From contig JAXLNO010000693.1 in assembly GCA_038087875.1 (NCBI GenBank), positions 47,062-67,061 on the forward strand: a stretch of 20,000 bases of DNA, in the 5' to 3' direction. Positions 11,671-20,000 of the stretch are shown here, piece by piece (the stretch's first letter is position 1; each line of letters begins with the position of its first letter). Made by a program: the position numbers and the translations under genes. The notes under the pieces are model-generated. The model was not told the origin of the DNA. It did not search any database and worked only from the letters and a program-made list of their open reading frames with translations. Source of the stretch: Malacoraja senta (Eukaryota).

Positions 11671-11704
11671 CTGTACGTTACAAGACCCCAATTTTCCATG
11701 GCAC
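11671..11704 (-). CDS. NPEPPS: NPEPPS coding exon (34 bp): (G)AMENWGLVTY(R), GAMEN exopeptidase motif
   Basis: GT GCC ATG GAA AAT TGG GGT CTT GTA ACG TAC AG, flanked by ttttttcacAG and GTattt. Phases 1 and 2 match the neighbouring exons. Confidence 0.96.
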
Positions 11705-12020
11705 CTGTGAAAAAAATATTCACACGATAATTTTTAGTATATTTATACATGTGAAGGTTCAAGCATCAGGTAGATCACAGTCTTACTGAATTTTAAAGTT
11801 GTTTCTAAAGTCCTACCCTGCTTCCGTTTCTTGTAAACTGACATGAAATTTCTGGCATCAGACTGAGTGCAAATGGACCTCCCAAACTAAACAAGCTATC
11901 AAAAACGGAGTGAAGAGGACACAATATTTTCACTTTTACAAATTTGTGTGCATTGTTTCAGGGAGGGAGTAGACAGACATTACAAATTAAAAATGGTCAA
12001 CCTATGGTTTTGACAATCAT

Positions 12021-12137
12021 AGTATCATAGAGTCACATGTTGTACAACTTGCCCACACCGACCAACATGTCCCATCTGCACTAGTCCCACTTGCCTGCAT
12101 TTGGCCCATATTTCTTTAAATCTGTCTTATTCATGTA
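12021..12137 (-). mobile_element. Short CR1 3'-end fragment
   Basis: ctagtcccacttgcctgcatttggcccata is the reverse complement of 5296-5325. Possible TSD AATCAT at 12015-12020 and 12138-12143. Confidence 0.7.
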
Positions 12138-12469
12138 AATCATCGATCAATTATCAGTAACCAACAGTAGCACTAGCATAGTTGAAAGTTACCAAGCTGA
12201 GTGATGCTGAGGGAGGGAAAAAGGATAACAAGCAGAGGAAATTGTCACAGCGTTGGGATTATAAAAATAAGCAACATTTAAAAAATATACTGGATTATTG
12301 GAACTTTGCAGTTAAAATCACTTGGCAGTTATACAATTAGAATGATGAGGTGACTGTCAGCTTGGTATAAAAATGCGGTATTATAAGTCTAGTAACATTA
12401 CAAACACTTCTTCAAAATATTGATCCAGATTGCAGCAACTGATGTATACAAATAATTCAAGATACCAAC

Positions 12470-12566
12470 CTGCTGCAAAGTCTGCAATGGCTATTAAATC
12501 GATTTTTGGTAGAGGATACGGAACATTGAAGTATTCTCCATAAAAAGGTAGTGTCTTGGCAGCAAC
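12470..12566 (-). CDS. NPEPPS: NPEPPS coding exon (97 bp): [32 protein letters not shown](G)
   Basis: Manual translation shows the M1 aminopeptidase YPLPK.D.IA..DF.AG motif. Polypyrimidine tract plus AG at 12568-12567, GT at 12469-12468. In frame with the flanking exons. Confidence 0.96.
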
Positions 12567-12723
12567 CTAGCAGGAGAGAAAGAAAATCAAAACTTTTATC
12601 ACCATTGCACATGAAGTGGAATAACATCAGCTAGTATATTTCCACAAAGAGAAAGCAAGGCCATAACTCTAAGGTTTCAATACAGCAACAAAAAAATTGG
12701 GAATGCTACCTACAAGGAGGGAA

Positions 12724-12821
12724 TCACAGAGACTGAAGAAGGGTTTCGGCCCGAAACGTTGCCCATCTCCTTCGCTCCATAGATGCTGCTGCACCCGCTG
12801 AGTTTCTCCCGCATTTTTGTG
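12724..12821 (+). mobile_element. 98-bp Penelope-derived insert carrying a hammerhead core
   Basis: Similar to the 3' region of the PLE at 5440-5525. Flanked by the perfect direct repeat TACCTACAAGGAGGGAA (12707-12723 and 12822-12838). Confidence 0.85.
12733..12760 (+). ncRNA. Minimal hammerhead ribozyme core
   Basis: CUGAAGA-A-GGGU(UUCG)GCCC-GAAAC-GUU. Confidence 0.7.
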
Positions 12822-13853
12822 TACCTACAAGGAGGGAAGCTATCCTCCTTTGAAATAAATACAATAACTTATACGTGATCAGTGATATTCCTTCTTCCTG
12901 ATGAGTCTGCCGGGAAATAATGTCTTCATGTCCATATTTATAAAGTTATTACAAAAAAAACCTACATTTAAACCTAACGTGATGGTTGAATATATCCCAC
13001 AATCTAAGTCATAAGGTTATTTTGAGTAGAACTCGAGATATAGTTTTTCTCAGACAACCTTTATCTTTTACCTGGAAACCTAGCTCCTATGAATCAGCAG
13101 TTACAGGAGGATGAATAATGTCACTGCTAATATGGGAAAGAGTACGGTTACAAATTGGATTATGCACAGCAGAGTAGCACACGATTCAAAATACAGCAGT
13201 GTGGTAAGCAAGTGTTATAATGTGTGTCATTTGGATAATAATCTGATATTCAATCTCTTTCCCCCCCCCCCCCCCACAACTTGATTCTGTCACACCATTC
13301 CCTTCCTTTTCTTCCTGAACGGCTCACTATTTGTTAGAATATTAACACATGAAGACCAGAAACCCATCCTTCAATATTGAATCCACATAACAAACAAGTT
13401 TTTGAAAGGTTGAACAGCGAGTACAAGCGGGGACTATAGCAAACCTGTCTAATCAGGTTCTTGCTTGATGCTGGTGCATAGATGCACATTCAGAAAGGTT
13501 TAATGGATACACCAAAATGAGGGCCAAGATAGTGAAGATAGTTCACCTTACACATTAATTTTACAATATCCTGTTGAATTTCAAGTGCTATTGCATTTCC
13601 TTTAAAATTATTATATTTTAAATCATGCAATTACAGGTTATTAGCAATCTCTCGCCATTCTTCCAATTTACTATTATTTTGTCTTTTCCCAACTCCACCT
13701 CTGGCACTTCCAAACTAACTACCAAGTAAAAAGCAACTGACCACCGATTCCCAATCCTCTGTCCTAGTCATTACAATGGTGACCGTAAGTTAAGACGCGT
13801 TGTGCTTCCGCTTTGCTGCTCTGCATGAGGCGTTTGCGACATTTGGTCTGTAC

Positions 13854-13877
13854 CTCATGCCGCTGGGAATTCATAAT
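13854..13877 (-). other. Candidate 24-nt alternative microexon of NPEPPS (IMNSQRHE)
   Basis: ctttaattacAG|ATT ATG AAT TCC CAG CGG CAT GAG|GTacag. In frame and stop-free within a phase-0 intron, with no AG for 104 nt upstream and a CTAAT branch-point candidate. No transcript evidence available. Confidence 0.45.
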
Positions 13878-14149
13878 CTGTAATTAAAGCCAGATATTGA
13901 GTTGGATATAGATCAAGGTGTTGAAATGGAGAATCCAAATGATATTAGAGCGGTAAAATAATTGAAAGGCAGAAGCACACCGCCTCCACCTATTTATTCT
14001 AAGCTACCTTCCTTAGCCATAAAACATTTTTTGAGCTGGATTTAGGGAACTGGGGTGTATTTATGACAACTTGAATTCAAGAAATGACAATTGCTCCTGC
14101 CTCCCCATTTAAGGGCTGGCATACAGGAGTACACAAAAACAAAAACAAC

Positions 14150-14350
14150 CTCAAGCGCAAATTTTCCTTGTTCCGCTTTTCCAATGGGTGTGTAGACACG
14201 AACGAGAATACCATCTGATGACTTGGCTTCCACAAAATCGTATTCACCAACCACAAATGCCACTAAATATGTGGACATTATGGGTGATTTGGCAAACTTG
14301 ACTTCCACTAGGTCGTCATCGTCAGGATACGGGTTACGTTCAGTCACATT
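14150..14350 (-). CDS. NPEPPS: NPEPPS coding exon (201 bp, phase 0-0; probably equivalent to human exon 6): NVTERNPYPDDDDLVEVKFAKSPIMSTYLVAFVVGEYDFVEAKSSDGILVRVYTPIGKAEQGKFALE
   Basis: Translation matches the puromycin-sensitive aminopeptidase segment MSTYLVAFVVGE...VRVYTP.GKAEQGKFALE. Acceptor AG at 14352-14351, donor GT at 14149-14148. Confidence 0.96.
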
Positions 14351-15329
14351 CTGTGAAGGTTAAAAAAAGTTACAAGATGAAGAATGGAGACACAATGCAA
14401 CAAAATGCTCCACCTGGAAGTGTTCACAATTCAAGAGCATTGTGAAAAATAATTCTTTACCAAATCACTGATAATGTTTAAATTAAATTAGCAAAATCCC
14501 TGGTGGTGGTTGAAAAATATAAACCTTTCACTCAGCATATCCCACTAGAAACTAAATTAGGAATATTTGAATATAGCATCAGCATTTAAATTACTTACAT
14601 TTCACATGAATACATTTTGACATATTTGACATGGTACAGACTTTAGAATTGCATTTCCTTCAATCATGCTTTGATCAGTGTTAGCCACCTTGCTTACATC
14701 AGAAATCCATGGATTTGGAGTGAATATTGGACATGACGGACGTTAGTTTAGATACGCAACCAAAGCTTCAACACCTACATCATGATAGGACAAAGACCCC
14801 ATTGCGCCATTGAAATATGGTATCCTGGGGATGATGGTATTCTTAGTATTGTGGCATATTCCTATCCTGCAAGCTTCATTACAACAAATGAAGGTTGTTC
14901 ATCTCATGCTGATAATGAGATAATCAATCTACAAGCATCAGGCACTTGGGGTCAATCCTGATCTTTGACATTAATGACAGAGTTTTAACACTCTCCTCAA
15001 CTGCACGGTGTCTAAAGAACACTGATATTGATGCAGTTAGGATGCAATGAGCATGCTTTTCAGGCCGACACGAGTGTCTTGGTTACTGACAGAAACATAT
15101 TCTTGATTTATAACAAATATTTGCACAGTATCACTGCAGTAACAGACTTAATGGGAAAATTGCAGGATTTCTTAGATGATTTTACAGTTCCAGTTTTGAT
15201 TAAAGCTAGTTAACAAAGTCTACCAGGTAAAGTAATATTTTTGTGGTGTTTGCGACAGAGTGTGGCGATTCTTTCCATGCCAGTCCCATTGGAGGATTTA
15301 TTAAAAAGTGCCCTACTGTTAGATCTATT

Positions 15330-15528
15330 TTTACCTGTAAATCTAGCATCATTTATAGTTGTTCTAAGAACTATATTCTGAACTGTACCTTTCCCCTTGC
15401 TACATTCATTGGTCTTGAGTTTGGCTTGATTGTATTTATGTGTAGTATTAACTGATTTGACTGGAATCATGCAAAACAAAACTTTTCATTGTCCCTCGGT
15501 ACACATGATAATAATAAACCTAAATCTA
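15330..15528 (+). mobile_element. Rex1/Babar-like LINE 3' end
   Basis: acttttcattgtccctcggtacacatgataataataaacctaaa terminal motif. Confidence 0.5.
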
Positions 15529-16765
15529 CTTGCTGATAGGTATGCACTTTTTGGGTTAACCATCAACAGTCAACAATATAATGGTAGAGGCAAAGATCCA
15601 ATTCAGAATGCAAATTCTATCATCCAAACTGTTTTCACAAAAGTAACATTCTCAACTTAGCATAACACTTTCAACTTTTCTACATAACTATTTTCATTGA
15701 CCATTCCATCCAAGTTCACAAGGAATTCCATCCCTTGCAAGTATTTAGCAACACATTAGGCACTGTGAATGATGAACAAAAGTGAACTGCACTGGGAGGC
15801 GAGTGGTTCATATTTCAGAAATACAATTTAAATTTGCAAGAGCGATTATTAACCGAAAAAGGAAAGATATCCAAGATTGCCAATTTTAGACAACTGATAT
15901 TATGCTTTCTAGCATGAAAAGCCTTTTCTGAAGATCTCAGATTATTTTGAATAAGAGTTGAAATCTTATCAAGTAGATAATTTGGCCACTTAGGTATATT
16001 TTAAGTTGCACAAGCTATTTGACTGGAGCAAATCATAGACTTTACCTCTCAGGCATTGATTACATAAAATATTCAGAGACACAGGAACATACAGCACAGG
16101 AATAGGCATTCTGCTAAACTTCTCTATGCCCACCAAGATGGCCATCTACACCAGTCCTATATGCCCATGTTTGATCCATATCCTTCCAAACCTGTACAAA
16201 TGTTCTTTAAATGTTATTATACCTGCCTCAAACAGTTCTTCTGGTAGCTCATTCAATTTTCCCAGTACTCTGTGTGAAATATTTGCCCCTCAGGTTCTCA
16301 CCTTAAACTTATGCCAACTTGTTCTTGATTCCCCTCCTCTGGGAAAAAGACTGCATTCACTCTAAGCTCCTGTGATTTTATACATCTTTAAGCCTTCATG
16401 TTCACCCTGCAGTTTGCCACGCTGCAGGGAATAAAGTCCTAGTCTATCCAACTTCTCCCTGTAGCTTGGTCCCTCAAATCAAATCTTTTCTGCACTTTTT
16501 CCAGTTTAATGGCATCTTTCCTATACATGGGTGACCCCAAAACTGAATCTTCCAAGCGCTGCATCACCAATAGCTTGTACAACTGCAACATAAACGTCCC
16601 AACTTCTTTATGCAATACCTTGGAAGACCAGAATGCCAAAATACTTTTTCACCATTCTGTTTTCTGTGATAGCACTTTCAAGGAAATATATACTTGTTCT
16701 AGGTCCCCATACTCCACAACACCCACCAGGACTTTACCATTCACTGTGGAAGTCCTACTTCGGTT

Positions 16766-16827
16766 ACACCTCACAACACCTGCAAAATGCAACACCTCAC
16801 AACACCTGCAAAATGCAACACCTCACA
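16766..16827. repeat. 26-bp tandem repeat x2.4 within the CR1
   Basis: ACACCTCACAACACCTGCAAAATGCA at 16766 and 16792, plus a partial copy at 16818. Confidence 0.9.
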
Positions 16828-17227
16828 CTTATCGGAATTAAACTCCATTTGCCATTCCTCAGCCCACTTGCTCAATTGATCAAGATCCTGTTGTAATGCT
16901 GGATAATCTTCTTCACTGTTTACAGTACTACCTATTTTAGTGCCATCTGCAAACTTACTAATCGTGCATGGTACATTCACATCCAAGTTGTTGATATAGA
17001 TAATAACATTGGGCTCAAGGCACATCACTAGTCACAGGCCTGCAGTCAGAAAAACTACACCCACCATCACCCCCTGCTTCATAACATAGTCAATTCTGTA
17101 TCTAAATACCTAGCGCTCCCTGCAATTCAGGCGATCTTTGAATCACTTATCATGCAAAACTTTATGAAAGGCCTTGCAGAAGCCCTAAATAGACGATGTC
17201 TACTGCTTCACCCTCATTAACCTTCTT

Positions 17228-17363
17228 CATAAGGTCATAAGTGATAGGAGTAGAATTAGGCCATTCGGCCTATCAAGTCTACTCTGCCATTCAATCATGG
17301 CTGATCTATCTCCACCTCCTAACCCCATTCTCCTGCCTTCTCCCCATAACCTTCAACACCCGA
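17228..17363 (-). mobile_element. Short CR1 3'-end insertion nested in the older CR1
   Basis: taggccattcggcc...catggctgatc...tgccttctccccata is shared with 19024-19115. TTCTT direct repeat at 17223-17227 and 17364-17368. Confidence 0.75.
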
Positions 17364-17779
17364 TTCTTGATTACTTCTTCAAAAACTCAAATTAATTTTC
17401 CGAGATACAACCTACCACGCACAAAATCATGCTGACCAGCCCTAATCAATCTGTTTTTATAAATGCATGTATATCTTATCCCTCAGAATCTCTTCAGGTA
17501 ACTTACCTACCACAGATGTCAGGCTTACTGTTCTATAGCTCCCACGTTTTTCTTTGCAGCCCTTAAATAAAGGTACAACATTAGCCGCCCTCCAAGTCTT
17601 CTGGGACATCACCCATGGCTGACAGTGCACCACATATCTCAGCCAGGGTCCCCACATTTTTTCCCCATATATGCTCATATATAATCATATGTTCAAATCC
17701 TACCCATGTAAAAAAACATATATAGGAAGTAATGCATTTTTGTTGAATGCCAAAACGATCTAACGATTCCCTATTTTCT

Positions 17780-17957
17780 AACATCCAACAACAGTCTTGT
17801 TTTTGGCACATACTTTTTCTCCTTGTCTTAAAGAATGTGTGTAATTTATGTATAATTAATGTTTTTGTGCGAGGTCCGAGCCTGTGATGCTGCTGCACGC
17901 ATGATTTTCATTGTACTGTATCTCATCATACTTGTGCATGACAATAAAATCTACTTA
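17780..17957 (+). mobile_element. Rex1/Babar-like LINE 3' end
   Basis: gattttcattgtac...gtgcatgacaataaa terminal motif, similar to 15481-15520. Confidence 0.5.
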
Positions 17958-18569
17958 AGAATGGTTAACATAATCCCCAATTGACCTCTCCTGCTGACCA
18001 GCAGTAAACACATCTAACTACAATGAAAACTAAGAACTGAATCGTTATCCCGTTTCTAATATAGACATCAGCTCCCCACTAAATTGATGAAAATATTTAT
18101 CCTCAAGACAAACAGCTCTCCCGTACAGGTAATGCTTTGAACAACAAAGCCAGTTTGTAAAACAAATTTTGCAAGACACAATTAATAATTGTCTGCAATC
18201 AAAAGGCATCTCTGGCATCACATTAAGTATAAAATAGCGAACAAAATGATGACTGCTTCAAAACACTTGTCCAACACCCCCCCCCCAATGTTTCCAAAGA
18301 CTGAGAAATCCATTATGGCAATGTGAAAGGTAAATAAATTGCTGCCATTGACAAGAATATCTACATTTGACACTAGAAGGAAATATAAATCTTGCTGCTG
18401 CCACTTGCATTTTAGACCTTAATCAACAAAGAAAATATTTAAGCAAGATGAGGGATTACAGCAAGTCATTAATAGAGGAAATTTTGCTTGAGATGTTTGT
18501 AATTAGATTGACTAAACCTGAAGATATGAAATTGAATTTATCTTGCATTTTAATGTAAGTTTGTTTATT

Positions 18570-18968
18570 AGGGTAGAAGTGATTGATATATGGAGAGGGT
18601 AGGCAGGTAGGGTCTATACTCATTGGGGTTTAGAAAATGAGCGATCTTATTGAAACCAAAAAAGATTCTGAGGGAGACGGATATGATGCTGAAAAACGGT
18701 TTCCTTTTATTGGGGTATCTGGAACTATGGGCCAATTTCAGAATAAGAGGTCGCCCATTTAAGATAAATATGTGGAGAATATTTATCCTTCAATGAGACG
18801 CAAGTGGAATACTTTACCTCGGAGAGAAAGTCATCGAACATATTTGAACTACAAGAATGAAGAGGTCTGGTGAGGACAAGAGAGTAGATTGAGCCCAAAA
18901 CTGGACCAGCCACAATCTTACTGAATGTGAAACTGTCCCGAGGTGCCAACTGACCTGCTCCTTCTCCC
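18570..18968 (+). mobile_element. Old CR1 3' fragment, tail-to-tail with the young CR1
   Basis: Degenerate match to the reverse complement of 19020-19440 (tactcattggggtttagaaaatgag.gatcttattgaaac). Confidence 0.65.
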
Positions 18969-18994
18969 ATTTAGACTTTTGCTTTAGACTTGAG

Positions 18995-20000
18995 ATAGAA
19001 AACATAGAAAATAGATGCAGGAGTAGGCCATTCGGCCCTTCGAGCCTGCACCACCATTCAATATGATCATGGCTGATCATCCAACTCAGTATCCCGTACC
19101 TGCCTTCTCTCCATACCCCCTGATCCCCTTAGCCACAAGGGCCACATCTAACTCCCTCTTAAATATAGCCAATGAACTGGCCTCAACTACGTTCTGTGGC
19201 AGAGAATTCCAGAGATTCACCACTCTCTGTGTGAATTTTTTTCTTCTCATCTCGGTCCTTAAAAGACTTCCCCCTTATCCTTAAACTGTGACCCCTTATT
19301 CTGGACTTCCCCAACATCGGGAACAATCTTCCTGCATCTAGCCTGTCTAACCCCTTAAGAATTTTGTACGTTTCTATAAGATCCCCCCTCAATCTTCTAA
19401 ATTCTAGCGAGTACAAGCCGAGTCTATCCAGTCTTTCTTCATATGAAAGTCATGACATCCCAGGAATCAGTCTGGTGAACCTTCTCTGTACTCCCTCTAT
19501 GGCAAGAATGTCTTTCCTCAGATTAGGAGACCAAAACTGTACGCAATACTCCAGGTGTGGTCTCACCAAGACCCTGTACAACTGCAGTAGAACCTCTCTG
19601 CTCCTATACTCAAATCCTTTTGCTATGAATGCTAACATACCCTTCGCTTTCTTCACCGCCTGCTGCACCTGCATGCCTACTTTCAATGACTGGTGTACCA
19701 TGACACCCAGGTCTCGTTGCATCTCCCGTTTCCCTAATCGGCCACCATTCAGATAATAGTCTACTTCCCTGTTTTTGCCACTAAAGTGGATAACCTCACA
19801 TTTATCCACATTATACTGCATCTGCCATGCATTTGCCCACTCACCCAACCTATCCAAGTCACCTTGCAGTCTCCTAGCATCATCCTCACAGCTAACACTG
19901 CCCCCCAGCTTCGTGTCATCCGCAAACTTGGAGATGTTGCATTCAATTCCCTCATTCAAATCATTAATATATATTGTAAATAGCTGGGGTCCCAGTACCG
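18995..20000 (-). mobile_element. Relatively young CR1 LINE, 3' part (continues beyond the window)
   Basis: ORF 19450-19959 contains SKFADDTKLGG, LQGDLDRL, KCEVIHF, RDLGV and RPHLEYCVQFWSP, continuing as SLEFRRLRGDLIETYKI. Has a 3' UTR and a TTTTCTATG-type tail. Confidence 0.95.

Larger units (their letters stand above)
16080..17650 (-). mobile_element. Degenerate CR1 LINE
   Basis: WRAANVVPLFKG...YRTVSLTSVVGK, SKFADGTKIG...LQQDLDQL.KWAEEWQMEFNSDKCEVLHF and LEKVQKRF. Multiple frameshifts. Confidence 0.9.

Noticed and set aside
14042..14149. ORF 14042-14347 extension VVFVFVYSCMPALKW...
   Set aside because: Read-through into the intron past the GT donor at 14149. NPEPPS homology stops at FALE.
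14930..15030. Possible tRNA-derived/V-SINE relic (ggggtcaatcctga B-box-like)
   Set aside because: Too degenerate to support without a Dfam search.
19364..19983. Plus-strand ORFs of 130 and 65 aa
   Set aside because: Antisense shadows of the CR1 reverse transcriptase ORF.
1..20000. Prokaryotic-type systems (CRISPR array, operon, retron) and additional NPEPPS exons
   Set aside because: No repeat-spacer array or gene-dense architecture. All RT-like ORFs are LINE fragments. I did not find the neighbouring NPEPPS exons (...ALSNM and EWWTHLWLNEG...), which probably lie outside the window.

Overview
AT-rich, repeat-dense vertebrate genomic DNA. The mix of CR1, Penelope-like and Tc1 families suggests a cartilaginous fish (inference). 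The window lies inside the minus-strand NPEPPS (puromycin-sensitive M1 aminopeptidase) gene. Four GT-AG exons (14150-14350, 12470-12566, 11671-11704, 2582-2696) splice in frame and encode the GAMEN and HELAH motifs. The introns hold an IR/DR-type Tc1 (DD34E) transposon split by an L2 LINE with a 7-bp TSD, a Penelope-like GIY-YIG retroelement with a hammerhead-ribozyme core, a 98-bp solo hammerhead insert with a 17-bp direct repeat, and many CR1 and Rex1-like fragments. The most intriguing signal is a CpG-retaining block at about 13797-13983. It contains a candidate 24-nt in-frame NPEPPS microexon (IMNSQRHE) with a 104-nt AG-exclusion zone, a hairpin overlapping its 5' splice site, and a long-range stem that would loop it out.
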